Shown: piece by piece, positions 50,151-64,000 of the stretch
Layout: every line of letters begins with the position of its first letter
Position numbering within the stretch: position 1 is the first letter of the stretch
NCBI RefSeq assembly: GCF_009834535.1
Contig: NC_045707.1
Coordinates: forward strand, 47,742,001-47,806,000
DNA from: Camelus ferus
Lineage: Eukaryota
Length of the DNA: 64,000 nucleotides
Reading direction: 5' to 3'
Program-made: the position numbers and the translations under genes
Notes under the pieces: model-generated
What the model was told of the DNA's origin: nothing
Seen by the model: the letters and a program-made list of their open reading frames with translations, nothing else
Database searches by the model: none

Positions 50151-51565
50151 AGTCAAGGACTTTTGGTTGACAGGAAATGAACTCAAATTTATTGAACTCA
50201 AAATTTCTTTAAGTTAAAAAAAATTAATTTATTGTAAGCATCTGTCAAAATTAAGAAAAAAAAGTGCAGAAACAGAGGGTTTCAGGAATGGCATATAGTG
50301 CACCAATCATTCCTTCTCTAACATTTTCTTTGTAATTAGTTCTGAAATACCGCAGCTCCCTTGATTATTCTCCTACTCATTGAGATAGTGATTCTCAGAC
50401 TTCTTTACTGATTTTTCGTGTTCGTGATTTTTAAGTGTTGAAGTGCCTCAGGGATTAGGCTTCAAACCATTTCCACGCTCTGTTTGAACTCACTCCGTAG
50501 GAAGTGTCGTATAACCTCGTTTTAAAAGTCATTTATGCATTAGTTGGCACCAGCCTGGGTAACATCATACAAACCATGTGACTAAAAAGGGAAAGCAATT
50601 TCTCTTTTGGAATTTCAGTTTCAAATGTCCTAGGGGAGACTCTTACTGGCCCTAGTAGGTTACCTGACCATTGTTTGGACCTATCACTATGGCTGGGAAA
50701 ACGGAATATACTTGACTTTGCACACTCTGTGCCCAGGAAGACTGAAAGTCATCAAATGAATTGGAGGTAGCCACTGGAAGAATCTCTGTGAGCTAGACAG
50801 ATGCCACACTTTGTGCCTTCCTCACAAAGTAACTGATGCTGATGTAAAGCACAGAAGTCGAGATGAACATTGCTAGAGCATTGACTTTAACTCATCAAGT
50901 TCCTGTGACGTCATATAGCAAACACTGTGACATTAATCTAATCTAATCAATTAATTAATTCATTGTTTATTAAGGACCTGATACATACAAGGCCCTGTGT
51001 GAGATGCATTAGAGTACTCATACATGTGGGGGAATAAGAGAGGCATTCAAACTACAACTAAATCACTGTCTATTCTTGTGACTCAGAGATACTTTTCCTC
51101 TGGGCAGGAAGCTGTCCTGCTTGACCTCAGCTTAGCACCAAGATCAGTTTAATCAGCCATCACTTGAATTTTTGACTGGTTTCTGCTGGTGATTCTTAGG
51201 TTGTACTACTGGGAAGAGCAACAAAACTAAGATTTATGTCAGTGTGGGATTAAAAAAATCATGCTGTGTTTCCTGGTCATTTATCAATGAAGCTTGCTAA
51301 GGAGGATTTCATTTCAAGCCTGTTTCCTCCAAAAGAGTGATGAACAAGTTGTACTCATTTGTAATTGTGTGAAGGACTATCTCCTGAATCTCAACCTTGT
51401 GACCCTCCCCACCAAAAGGATGATCTGGGAGGTGAATAGGTTAGGGTTCTGGATCTCAAGATGATTGCAAATTGCTCCTCCCTCTCTCGGAAGTATTTAA
51501 GCTGCAGGCATTGAACTGATCAAGTGAAGCACTCATGTTCTTCTTTCCAATGATACCTTAAGGAT

Positions 51566-51672
51566 GTGGTTCTCAAAGTGAGGTTCTCCAGACCAGTAGG
51601 ATCTGCATCCCGTGTATACTTGTTAGAAATGCAAATTCTTGGGTCCTACCTCAGACTTCTCATGGATTCAAG
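51566..51672. mobile_element. MER5A-like fragment
   Basis: gtggttctcaaagtg...cagaccagtag...cttgttagaaatgcaaattcttgggtc. Confidence 0.75.
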
Positions 51673-51966
51673 GTATCTGCCCTTCTTTGGAGGATTTGGG
51701 AATGACAGAGCACATAGTAGGTGAAATAAAGCCTCCAGACTTAAAAACTATGTCTAAATAAAATATTTGACTGTCATTACCTGCACAGAAACTTATCAAC
51801 AGCAAATAGATAAGGTAGTCTACTAAGCTTTTAAGAGAACTGTACATCAAGAGAAACTCTGAGCTTACCCAAAATAGCTTTTGCCTATAAAATTCTTTAA
51901 GTAAATTTCTAGGTCTCTAAACCCAGACCACCTGGAAGTGGTCTGCTGAAGCTAGATAACCCCAAG

Positions 51967-52347
51967 TGTTATAAGCTGAACAATTTGAGTGTCCCCTCAA
52001 AATTTATATGCTTTGAAGCCCTAGCATCCAATGTGATAATGGTATTTGGAGGTGGTGCCTTTGGAAGGTGATTAAGTTTAGATGAGGTCAGTGAGTGTAG
52101 GGCTCCCATAATGGGATTAGTGTCCTCATGAGAAAAGGAAGCTCCCCTTTGTCTTCTAGCCCCCACACCCTGTGAGAACACAGCTAGAAGGGAGCCATCT
52201 ATAAGCCTGGAAGGGCCCTCACCAGAAACCGACCATGCTGACATCTTGATCTTGGACTTCCCAGCCTGCAAAAATGTGAGAAATAAATGTCTGTTGTTTA
52301 AATCACCCAGTCCATGGTATTTTGTTATGGCGTCCCAAACTAAGACA
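51967..52347 (+). mobile_element. MaLR solo LTR, MLT1A-like
   Basis: TG...CA ends; ggtatttggaggtggtgcctttgg, gatcttggacttcccagcc and aataaatgtctgttgtttaa motifs; perfect 5-bp TSD ccaag (51962-51966 / 52348-52352). Confidence 0.92.
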
Positions 52348-54737
52348 CCAAGGAAAGAAATATCCTAACAATGTCTACCTCAGCTGTAGTTGTGAAAGAT
52401 AATGGACAAAGAACTTCCTAAAGTAACTAGTGTTGGGGGTCACAGGGGACAATGGACAAGGGAAACACTCCTAGAGATTAGAACCATGGACTGCCAGCTG
52501 GGTCAACACTAAACCTCCCATTGCCATGGTCTTGTCATGGGTGTGGTGTTTCTGCCCTGCAGAATTTGGTCATTGCTGGGGAACCATAACAGCTGTGTAT
52601 TTCCTTTTCCTTCTTCCCCCAAATACAGTTTTTTGTTGTAGTTTCCCTAGTCCCTTCACTACCATTTTTTATTTGGTTTAATAGGGGTAATAATTTTTAG
52701 TCTTAAAGCAGCCACATCTGAACCCAGCAAAGAGGAAAGCACACAGAGATTCTAGGCTTTGAGCAAGAAGCAGTAAACAGATGAAACTTGTTTCATGAAT
52801 GGGAATGAGCACATAGATATGTTTGGGTAGCTTACTGGATGGAGTCCACTACTTAGTTCCCACTAGCCATTTCTCCCGTCTTCCTTAGTAACAGAACCCT
52901 GGGCCATGGCCAAGCTGAATGGTATAGGAGAGGAATAAATCCTCTAGAAATTATTGTGTTTGCAGTAGTTATTCACATGCTATTGAGATCAGACTTAATT
53001 CATTTTTCTTTCCAGTGAAGCATGATAGCTATGAAATTGTTCAAGGGAAGATCATGGTAGTTGTAGAATGGACTTTTTAATTAATCAGCTGTCACTAAAT
53101 TTAGCCAATAACCTAGTGAAGCTTCTAAATGTCCAGCCATCTGACCAATTGTCACATCTTTAAATGTTATTTATAACGAATATTCTTCAGTTGTGAAATG
53201 TTTGGCTCCATGGCAGCTCCCAGATGGGTATGAACTGGGTTACTCCAGGTATCAGGATTCCAAAATGAGTCTATTTCAGTGTTGAGATCAGAACTCAATC
53301 AAGATTTGTTTTTTCTGTGGTTCTGTCTCGGGCCCTCAAATCATACATATTGGTATATTTAAGGAACTTAGTGCAATTCTTATCTCCATAGTGTCTATGT
53401 AATACGGGTGTAATTCAGTAGAAAATACATCTCTTTGTTACCCTTTAATCTCAAGAACAAAGGGATATTGAGGCAGAGCAGATTGTCTTAAAGATGGTGC
53501 TTCCTCCTCTAACTGCATCAATCTAATAATAATCTCAGTTAAGCAGGCTGTTGTCATAAAAATGGAGTGTGGAAACATCCACATAGATGGTCTGCTTTGC
53601 ATTTTCTTAATTTTAAACATTAGACTTTACATTACTTACGGAATGTAAAGTCAACTTCAGCGTGAAAGTGGAATTTCTCTTTCGTTTCTTACATAGCTAC
53701 TCATTTGAGAAGGATTTTTTTTCCAGGTAATTCCTGCTCTGAGTATAGAGCTCAAGCTTACACACATACTTTCCCACATGTGATCCTAAATAGGCTGCTG
53801 AATGATAAGATGATAAAATGAACAAAAGCAACACCAGAAGGCTGCTTTTCTTTCTTCCTTTCTGTCTTTTTTAAGAAAAGAACAAAAGGTTTATTGTGCA
53901 GGCCTCCAAATGACAAAATAGCTTACTAAAAACTGCAGGTTCGGAGTCAGTTGATGTTTCACTGCTGTTTAAAAGCTCTTTCCACGCTTAGATTAACAAA
54001 TTGATAATTGAAAACTATCTGGACATGTTATATGTTCTAGATATTAATCTGAGGCTTTCAGGAGTCCCTATACTTTCAGACCTTCACACTAGTTAAGCAG
54101 ACTTAAGTCCTTTCTGGAAGAAGGAAGGGTATATAAATAAACCCATTGGTTGAATTAAATAAAAACAGTTGTTCCACATTTGTTGAGACAGCTTTCAATC
54201 TAAACGGTATTTATTTCTCTTATCTAATCAGCTTCATTAAAGGTGCAACTGCCCAGAGCAGCCTTATGAGAGTGATATACCCTGAAATAATCCAAATTAA
54301 ATGATTTCTTAGGGCAGTGTTAAAGAGCCTCCAGATAATTTTACAATGTCATGAGCCAAAGGCATTAACTTCACTTTGCTGCTGCCTTTTTTTTTTTATG
54401 TCAAAAGATGGAATTTTTTTTTTTTATGGAGAGATGTTTACCATAAGATGGTGTGTTTACATTTATATTCATGTGAACATAAACATCTCCCAACTGGAGA
54501 ATTTCAAACAGATATCAAACAAAGGAAGGCTCTGCTGTTAAAACTAGTGTCCGTCATCACATAAACTACCAGAGTCATTGGCCAGTGTGATCAGCAGTGG
54601 GCTTTCTAGGACTCATACCGTTTTAGTGACCAATGAAGGTAGAGTTTGGGTCCTTCCAGTACACAGCTACACTGGGAATGTACAATTATCCTGAACACTT
54701 ATTGACTATGGTGTTTTTCCAGGTAGTTTGTTTAAAA

Positions 54738-54773
54738 TGTGTGTGCATGTGTGTGTGTGTGTGTGTGTGTGCG
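54738..54773. repeat. Interrupted (TG)n microsatellite
   Basis: TG dinucleotide run interrupted once by CA, ending in CG. Confidence 0.9.
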
Positions 54774-55298
54774 TTCAAGTATATACTTATTCCTTAGGGT
54801 CACAAGGTAAAATATATTTTTTACTAAGAGTCATAGTCAAAAAGTGTTTGAAAGCCTCTATGCAAGCATACTTCTCACTGCTCCCTCTCACCTCTCACTT
54901 AGGGCTTATAACCCCTGGACTCAGAGCTCATATACTTATGAGATCTGTTGTGCTTCATGAGTAGATGTAACCAGACTCTGGCTTGTCCTTTTTCTTATTC
55001 TGCTTTAAAAAAAAAAAAAAAATCTTCCTGTTCTGCATCTTTTAGTTTGTTCCCTTGCTTTAAAATTTTTGTGAACCATCGTCTTAGTATATAATTTTAA
55101 ATTTTAAAGAAGTACTTGGATTTGAAAGCAGTTTTTGGATTTCCCTTACATTTGGTCTGGGTGGTGATTGTATTAAATCTGGCTTTTATGGAAACACTAT
55201 CATTAAAAACTTCTCATGGTCTCTAGGGACAGGATTTGGAAACACGACACAGGCCTTTCTGATTAGGGGTGTGAGAACTCCCACTTGTTAGCAGTGGG

Positions 55299-55324
55299 TT
55301 TTGTTTTGTTTTGTTTTGTTTTTG
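55299..55324. repeat. (TTTTG)n simple repeat
   Basis: About five tandem ttttg units. Confidence 0.85.
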
Positions 55325-57628
55325 ACTTACAATAACTCCCAGCTAATGGTCTTATTTTAGAGCTATTTAAAGAAAGTCTAAACTAAAATTATAAAGGAAC
55401 TAGATGAAAAACATTAACAAAAAACATAAGTAAATTTGTGTCCCCACCCCTGCAGTGCACAATCCTTCAAACCTTTCTCCTTATTTCTCTACCCTTTTCT
55501 TTGATTTGACTTGCCCTCCCTCCTCACCCTAGGGGGCCTGGCCATGTCTCTGGGCTCTAGAATCTTGTGTCTGCTTCTTTTCATTCTTTTTTCCCATGAT
55601 CCTTCAGGCCTTCAGTTCTGTTCTGTCCTCCCACTATTTTTTCTTGAGTTTTCCATTGCCTTCCTTCTCTACACTGCTCTGCCATCCTTCTCTTCACTTC
55701 CCTTTATCCTGCATCTCAGAGGCCTCTTTTCCTTGCCTTTCTGTTCATTCTGCTATTAGTCAGAAGTCACCTTTAACCTTGGAGGATTTTTTTGGTTTGG
55801 GTTTTTTTTTTATTTCCTTGAAATTAGTTTAAATCTGGTTAAATCTTTCTCTGGAAATTTTCAGAGCAGGAATTTACCAGCAAAGCAAATAACAGAGCAT
55901 AAGATCCTATATTTCAGGAGGAGTTGTTTCGGGTAAAGGATAATAACTAAACATGCCCTTTGCCATTATAAGATACAAAAACTAGATAAGTATATACAGG
56001 AGGCAGATGGGAAATCAAAATATTAGCTATTGATAAATACTGGTATATACTGATAAGGCTGGACTAGAGACCCTGACTTGACCTGTGGTCAGAACTAAGC
56101 TTCCACCTTAAATTGTCCCTTTTTGCTAGTAGATTAGCCAGAGAACCAAACGGTGAGAACCTTCCCCAGATGTCTCTGAGCATGGAAGAGGCACGAATGA
56201 GGGTCTGCTGAGAACTATTGTTTTTCAACCTTGGTGATGCCCCTCTAATACTATTCCCTCCAGGAGCATTATGGTGAATGCAAGTGCACAGTGAATGCTG
56301 ACACTCAGTCCCTAATTTTATCCCTTAGGTCAAATCATATGTAAGAATTAATTTAAATTAATCCACTCCTTTACTTAATACATCAACACATTTTTACAAA
56401 ATTCTTTCTGAACATCTGATAACTTTCTGAGCACCAAGGACACAAAAATGAGTTGGACATGGACGACTCTGGCCAACGTGGTACAGGTGCAGGCAAATTA
56501 ATTATACATAATTATGTGTAAAAATGTTGTTTTGTTATCTAGGAGTCCTGTATGGAAAGTCTGCATGGGGGAGGGCCATCTTTATTTGATAAGTGCTTTT
56601 TTAAATCTCTTTAGGCAAAATAGATAGGTTTTGTAAAACTTGAAGCTGATAAAACTTGGAGGGCTTTTTTGAGAGAATATAAAATTAGGTATTCAAAATC
56701 AAATTCAAAAAAGACTATGTAGAATGATAATAGAAACCACAGAAAAATTACTAAAGCCTTGGATATACCAGTCCCTTGCTTCTTTGTTCTTTCAAGGCAT
56801 TTTTCCAGAAATACTCCGCTTTGCCGCCTGGCTCCTTGCTCCACTTCAAGTACTCTGTAGTTCCCAGTGACTCCCAGAACTCACGGCGGGGTGTGCAAGT
56901 GGGACCTGAAACTTAGTTGTCACTGGCTTCAGGGTGAATCTGCTCTGGGGCAAATTTCCAGAGTTGAGTGTTGGCTGAACCATGACTTCAAATAATGGAA
57001 GAGTAACTTTGCAAAAAAGGAGGGGCATCGAAGAGCTGCGTGCACTGTGGCTGCTTCCCAGGTCCCCACCAATCTTCAGGAAAAACTATAAAAAAAATCA
57101 CATCGGGCCCATTGTGTTTGTGTTACTTATAAAGATGGGTGAAAAATTCCTTTCTGCATCTTGGTTGGTATGGAATCAAAAAAGAGTTAAGAAGTGAATT
57201 GACACATAAGTTACCTATCTTGCAGTATCGTAAATGCCATTATCTTTTTCTGAACTATGCTGGCTTATACAATATGTACGCCAAACCCTGACAAAGTATA
57301 TTGTAAGAATGTTTGCACTTGTATCTGGTACTAGATTAATTTATGCTATATTATCTCTCAAACTGAAAATATCTACAATCATGTATTTTTTCCTGAAGCC
57401 TTCTCATGTATTTCTGACTTTAGTTAATGGCCCTTCATCCATGCCATCTATCCAAACAAGAATCCAAAGTCATTGAGTCTTGTCTATTGTACTAATGATA
57501 TTTATGCTTATGTTTTATTCTCTTTTCCCTGTCTTGACCAGTGAGTGCCCTTTTAAAGAGCCCTACTGTCTGCTAAGATAATGATGGGTACTGATAAGTC
57601 ATTCATTATTGAGATGATGAAGAGTGCC

Positions 57629-58170
57629 TACAGTAGACAGAATAATACCCTCCAACAAAGATATCTACATCCTAGTCCCTGAAACCTGTGAATAGGTTAC
57701 CTTATGGGGCAAAAGGGACTTTGCAGATGTGATCAAGGATACAGACCTTGAGATGGAGTATCTATCTTGATTTTCTGGGTGGGTCCAATGTACTCATAAG
57801 AGTCCAAATGAGAGAGAAGCAGGAGGCTCAGATTAAAAAAAGAAGGGAATGTGACTCTGGAAACAGAGAAGAGGGAGAGAGGTAGGGGTGAGGAAAAGGG
57901 AGACTTTGAAGATGCTACACTGCTGGCTTTGAAGATGGAGAAAGAGGCCACCAGTCATGGAATGTAGACAGCTTCCAAACCTGAAAAAGGCAACAGAACA
58001 TGTTCTCGCCTAGAGCCTCCAAAGCAACACAGCCCTAGCAAACCTTCATTTTAGCCCAGTAAGATCCATTTTGGACTTCTGCCTTCTAAAACTACAGAGT
58101 AATGAAAATGTATTGTTTTAAGCCACTATGTTTGTGTTAGTTTGTTATGGTAGTAATGAGAAATATTACA
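57629..58170 (+). mobile_element. MaLR solo LTR, MLT1D-like
   Basis: ggcaaaagggactttgcagatgtgat, gctggctttgaagatgga and ttttagcccagtaaga motifs; perfect 5-bp TSD gtgcc (57624-57628 / 58171-58175). Confidence 0.9.
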
Positions 58171-60559
58171 GTGCCAATAATTCATTCTTTGACACTGGGA
58201 TTGAAATGGTCCAGTTATCAACCTAGAGTATTGAAAAAAGCTAACATTGTAAAAAAAAAAATATATGTATATATAATATATATATATAGTCACTAAAACC
58301 TTCACATTTCTTTTCCATGAGGCTTTTCTCTTTGTGTAACCCAGACTCTCAGGAACCAGTCTAGAACAAAAAGGTAGGTCTGTGCTACTTAGAAATCCCA
58401 GGTGACAAGAGAGAGGGGACTCTGATCCACCAGAGATGGGCTGTGGGTTTCACAATATCTCAGCCGAAAACCTGTGAAGTTGGGTGCACAATTATCTACT
58501 GCTGTGATGGTGGCCTTACTGGGCCAGGGTTTGGTGATTGAGGTGAGAATGATCTCACTCTCTCCAAAGGCCAAGCCATTTACCTAATACTGTTATATTT
58601 GTATCAGGAGATGCCTCCAGTCTTAGCCACTCTGTACCAGAACCCCAAAGCCCTGACTTTGAGGTTTTATCACTAGTCTGGACATCCTTTCCCTAAGAGG
58701 AAGCCCCTTTTTTTGGTTCTAAAATGAAAATATGGCAGTAAAATGAAATCTTGGTAGTAAAATCTGCTGAGACCTCAGTTATCATCCCAGTCCATTAATG
58801 ATGTAGAAAATCCATTTAATCTTCAAGAAAAATGTTTGGGATCACACACTCTTTCTTCTACAGAGGTAATTTGGTCCAGTGCAAAATTTCTCCTGCATGC
58901 CCTTATGACCAGCTCTCTACATTGAGGATATTGGGAAGAGACAGAAGACACATTTCTACCTTCCCTAGAGAAATAGATGCCTGTCCCCCTTATCTTACAT
59001 AACTGCCTAGAAGTAGGAACAGCAAGTTACCAGGAAACCAATTTTCAATATTATAGAAGAAACAACTTGTCTGCTGCAGATTGTCACTGAAAGAACAAAA
59101 CATTACAAGAGAGTTAAAAAGCTGAGTAGCACCTTTAGGAAGAGAGAAGTACGCCACATGAAGTCACAGTCACTTATGTTACTTGAAGTCTGGTACTGGC
59201 CGCTGTCCCAGTGAGCTGTGGCTGTGTATGTGTCTTCAGGGCTTCTCTGCCTTTAGAAACAGGGAATTGGTTGAATCACCACCCCACAAATACTTCAGTT
59301 TCTTGATAGAAGGTGACTGCTGAGTGCTGTATTTGATATGATCTTTTGGCAATCTGAAAACTGACTTTTAAATGGCTATTTCATTTGTGGTTTCCTTCTG
59401 CTTTCTAGAAGCTTATCAAGCTGTCTGGGGTGCCTCAATTCTGTTAAACATTCCCTGTTATTCTGTTTATTTTTATTTTACAGATATTTTAAGTTTAGGC
59501 TCTAATGACAAGAGAGAACAAATCTGTTTTTGTATTTTCACCAACATCTACCCTTCTTCATAAATGTGTATCCCAGGCTTTCATCTAGGCAAAACTAAAC
59601 AAAGATACAAATAAACAAAGCCTTAACAATTTTAAAAAAATTAACTGAAAACATTCTGTCTTCCAGGCTCCAGGCCAGGTGCCAAAAATAGAAAAATGAA
59701 TTAAACTTAGTCCCTTTTCTAGAGACACTCTCATTTTAATGGTGGATAAAAGCATGTCACCACTGTAAAGTACAGAATCCCTCAGTTGGTATCTGAGCTC
59801 CTGCTTTGTGTTAAGTCTCTGTAATTTCAAAAATAAACATGGTAGACATGAAATCTGCCCAGTGTAGCTTAGAGTCTGGTGAGGAGAGCAGCCTTTAAAC
59901 TAATTTTCACAAGGATGAGCAATGTCTCAATGGAAAACCAAAGCACTGCATGGATATGTTTAACAGGGGCACCACTTCTAATTTAAAGGGGCAGGGCCAA
60001 TATTAGTTTGAAAATGGTGGCAGTTGGGGGTTGGGTGGAGGAAGAAGGCAGAGAGAGGTGTTCCAATGTAACAGGTACCAAAAAGCCTCAAGGCTAGAAA
60101 GAGTATGAAGTGTCTGGAAAACTAAAGGCATGTTAGAGCTGGAATAGAGAGAGGGAAGGGAGGAAGGGTTGTGCATGGGTTGTGTTTTAAACTCAAGAGT
60201 AGATGAAATCTCTCAAAGATAAAGATATGTCAACATTGAGAACTTTTATTTTTACAATAAAAAAATTGTGCATGTCCATGTGCATTGCTTCAGCTACTTG
60301 TTCATTCAGTAAACACTTCTTAAATTCTCATTATGTGCTGGCGCTCTGGTAGGCACTGAGAATAAGGAAAATCAATAAGGCAAGGTTTCTATATGTACAC
60401 AAAGTAGTTTGTATCATCATGGAGACAGATATAAGATATGATAAAAACCAGAAATGAGGAAACAATCCTATGTCCCTACTACTTTAAGAAGAGATGCAAC
60501 TCTTATGCAGCTATTCTGAGATTTCTGGCCCAAATCAAGTCTAAAAATATTAAGGGAGT

Positions 60560-60750
60560 GCTAAATGGTTGTAAAACTCCAATCTGGTTACACGTCTGAA
60601 CCTAGGCAGATTTTACAATTGCAAGTGCCTGAGTTCCTCCCTAGATCTAGTGGATTTCAATCTGTGGAAGCAAGACCCAAGAATCTAGAATTTTAAAAGG
60701 CACCCCAGTGATTCTGTATATATTCTGCAAGTGGCATTTGGGAACTACTG
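60560..60750. mobile_element. MER5-like fragment
   Basis: cccaagaatctagaattttaaaaggcaccccagtgattctg...tttgggaactactg. Confidence 0.65.
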
Positions 60751-60774
60751 AGGCAGAGCATGACCTGTGAGGTC

Positions 60775-61450
60775 ACAGTAACATTTTCCAAAATGTGCGC
60801 TGCAGGCTGTTAATAAATGATGTTTGAAAAAAGGTTCAGTGATATAATGGGTTGAATTGAATTGTGTCCCCACCCCTCCCAAATTCCCAGTGCCTCAGAA
60901 TATGACCTTATTTGGAGATGGGTCTTTACGAAGTTATCAAGTTAAAATGAGGTCATTAGGGTAGACCCTAATCCAATATAACTGGTATCCTTATCAAAAG
61001 GGGATATTTGGATACAGAAATACAGGGCAAACACCACGTGAACATGAATATGGCCATCAACAAGTCAAGGAGAGAGGTCTGGAACAGATCCTTCCCTCAC
61101 AGCCCTCAGGGGAACTAACCCTGCCTACACCTTCATCTCAGATTTCTAGCCTCCAGAACCATGACCAAAATCACCTAGTTTGTGATACTTTCTACGGCAG
61201 CCCTAGCAAACCAATACAAGTGGTTAATAAGTTTTGGAAAGTATGAGTTAAAGAGCGTTAAAATGGTTTTTCTTCTACAGGATCCTCAGAAACTCAGATG
61301 CTAATCTCACATGTTAATATGTCCCACAGCCCTCTGGGAGGGAACAGTGTCTGCATCTCATTTCAGGTTTGATAAGAGAGTGCTTTTCATTTGTTGGAGA
61401 GTATCTCAGAAGACTAATGTTCTGTGGTTCTTACTTGGGGAGATGTTGGG
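60775..61450. mobile_element. hAT-Charlie non-autonomous DNA transposon remnant (Charlie4-like), split by the MLT1B LTR
   Basis: Degenerate TIR-like ends (ttttccaaaatgtg...cttggggagatgttgg); internal gttaaa...gtttttcttctacagga motif. Confidence 0.55.
60843..61218 (+). mobile_element. MaLR solo LTR, MLT1B-like, nested in a hAT element
   Basis: cctcagaatatgaccttatttggagatgggtcttt...gcagccctagcaaaccaataca; TSD agtga / agtgg. Confidence 0.9.
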
Positions 61451-64000
61451 CTCATTTCTCTTGAGGAAGTAGTCATGCTGTGGGTCTCACAACTGCAGAA
61501 AGGTCAGCTTCATGGAGCTTGGCTGCTTTTAGTAAATAAGCATAGGGGTGAAAATTTTTAGGTGCATTTATTCATTCCATCACACCACCTGGAAAAAATG
61601 AGCTCCAAAGGCAGGACTTACTGGAAGTTATCAGAAGCCATCTTTCTTGATCCATGAATCTTTTGATTCCTTTTATTTTACATCAGTGATGCTGGAAGCA
61701 GCCTTTGGAAGGGAACAGAGCCAAGAAGTACTTTGTTGTCTCCCTTCATGGGAGTAGTTCAGGAAATGTAGGAGAAAAATATGCAAGAGTGATTCTATCA
61801 AATTGAACCACCATTTCACATTTGTCTTCCAAGCCCTCCATTTATTCCTATTGCTGTTCCCTCATAGTTTGCCAACATGGTGATCCATCTTTGTTGAAAT
61901 GGAACATTGGGAGAGAAATGGACCATTGTTATTGTCAATGGATAAAATAAAAATACGACTGCAAAAATTTAACTTGAATTATTTTAGTTATTAAACACAC
62001 TCAGAGTGAGGGAAATGTGAACTAGATGAGTCCAAGCTTTTTAAACTTTCGGAGAATTGCACTACTTCAACCTCTTATTTCTCTGATGTGTTTTACATTA
62101 TTTAAGGCTAGACATATACATATGAAAGTTTTAGACTTGATATTTGCTCTATAATTGTGACAAATGTTTGTGACTGTACCCCATGAAAAGTTGAGATCAC
62201 GTAAACAGAACATTCATCAATCTTTGTTTCATATTTGTAAGCCATTATTTATAAACACTACCCATCCTTTGTAGTTCAATTCAGCTCCCTTTTAACCACC
62301 CCCACAAGCTGGTGATCTAACTTATTCCTTGTTTGTCTCCAATCTGAACATGTCCCCATAACCCGTGTTCATCAAACAAAACCAGTGCCACTTCCAACAA
62401 AAATGCAGTTTCTTTGGCTTTACTTCCAGAGTTTCCAACTTATTAGGGCTGGATAAGTTGAAAAAAAAATCTATATTGTTTGACAGGCATCACAGGTGAG
62501 GCTGATAATCAGCTTGATTTGAGAGCCAAAACTACTCATTTGGCATTTCTGTGTACTGCCTTGTACTGTTAGGGAGCCTTCCTCATCTGGGATTATCCTT
62601 TCCTTAAAAGAATTAAATTTTTAAAATTTAAAGACCATATTTTTGATCACTGGAAAGTTATTTTAATGCTATTTTTTAAATCTCTGTAAGTGTGCTTTTT
62701 TGTTGTTGTTAAATAAAAAATGGTGGTTATCTGTGTCCTCCAAAAGTTTTATTTTAGCAGAATATTCATCTTTGTTTGTGGATTATTATTCCTCAACCTG
62801 ACTAGTTCCCTTGAGGTATTCATTACCTTCACTGCCAACCCTTGGTTCTATTTGCCTAGATTAGCATTGAGGAAACTTGAGTTGCAGGAATGGAAGGAGA
62901 TACAGCAGGCTTGGTGATACAGCAGTCTTGGTCCCTGTTGGCAAATTGTCAAGAGGACGTCACTTTCCCACAAAGCGTCAAGGTAGTCAACCAGCCTCAG
63001 GGCAGGGAGGACTGGAGCCCATCTGTACAGCTCTGTCCAAACTCCTCCAAAGCCAAGGAGACCAGCAGGTGCCCTTAAGATCACCCTCAAGCTGCCACAC
63101 TGCCCTTTAAGGGTTCACAGATCCCCCAGGGCCACCCTGTCTCCAGGAAGCTCGGTGCTCTGACTCTTGCTTTCAGTTCATCATTGCTGGTGTGTGGAAA
63201 TCAGCTCATCACCAGCTCTCTCCAGCTGGGCTTCCACAGATGAAAGGTCTTGCATGCATCCTCCAGACCCTACCTAGCACCCTACCCTGAAGGTGCTCTG
63301 CTTAAGATAGGTGGCTGGAAGCTGACTAGAATTAGAATGGAAGCAGGGCATAGAAGAGGGGATAGCAGTGTGGGTGCTCAGGCCACCATTTTCTCAGAAT
63401 TATTGAAGTTTCCATCTGTGTTATGTCTGATTTCTCCAGCTAAGGAGCTTTGGATATGTATTTTGAAAGCAGAGATGATAATAAGCTCCATATAAAATTG
63501 GCATTGAAATCAAAGCTACCACCATTGCACACTCTTTCTGTGCCAGGCACCTGGCTAAGTGCTTCACATGCGTTAATGCCAAATGAGATAATGACTGCTG
63601 CACTTAGCACATTGCCAGGCACAGGTGGGTGCCCGGTCCATGCCAGTTGTTCTCTGTTCTTGCTCTTAGCTTCTGACCACAGTGAGGGCAGATGCTGTCT
63701 CTGTACATTTTTATGTTCTCCCATCCCTCCACACTTTACACCCTACCTTGCATAGAGGTACTCAACTTATTTGTTGGTTGACTAACTGAATACTGTACTG
63801 TATACTTCCAAAAGGCAATTTCCTATTTTCCTTATATTTAGTCAACTTGATTAATTTTTCATGTTTCTAAAAGTCCTAGCTGAAAGTTCACTTCTTTTGC
63901 AAAACTGCATGTAATCTCTATCCTCTGATAGAATCTCATCTACTCATTTTATAGATTGTTTATCTCTAATTCTACCTTGTATTCAAGTTATTTATGCATA

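Noticed and set aside
1312..51086. About 15 scattered AP-1 (TGASTCA) motifs
   Set aside because: They are dispersed, not clustered, and only modestly above a rough chance expectation.
58240..58290. aacattgt + A-run + (TA)n as another micro L1 insertion
   Set aside because: I found no TSD, and the match to L1 tails is too short.
1..64000. CRISPR arrays, operons or other prokaryotic/viral systems
   Set aside because: The sequence is mammalian non-coding DNA with no regularly spaced repeats, no long ORFs and no gag/pol/env remnants that I could recognise.

Overview
AT-rich, CpG-depleted, non-coding placental-mammal DNA, either intronic or intergenic. I found no intact protein-coding gene, tRNA or rRNA. 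The ORF track is essentially noise, apart from one decayed L1 ORF2 C-terminus. Much of the window is old eutherian repeats: MIR, L2, L3/CR1, L1M, MaLR/ERV solo LTRs and hAT MITEs. I recognised no Alu, B1/B2, Bov-tA/BovB, CHR, PRE1, SINEC or ERE SINEs, and the young L1 3' ends look cetartiodactyl, so a camelid is my tentative guess. The best-supported non-TE features are (i) a 3'-truncated, tail-less 7SK snRNA retrocopy with a 17-bp target-site duplication (TSD) at 48653-48893 and (ii) an internally deleted HNRNPA2B1 processed pseudogene with a 15-bp TSD, inserted in a MIR at 29932-30235. Also visible are a near-perfect 124-bp templated copy (33543-33666 copied to 31158-31281), several ultra-short TSD-flanked retro-insertions, two fold-back/template-switch scars and a repeat-poor candidate enhancer near 46 kb. 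I found no convincing novel multi-gene system. Repeat family names and reference comparisons come from remembered consensus sequences, and most repeat boundaries are approximate.
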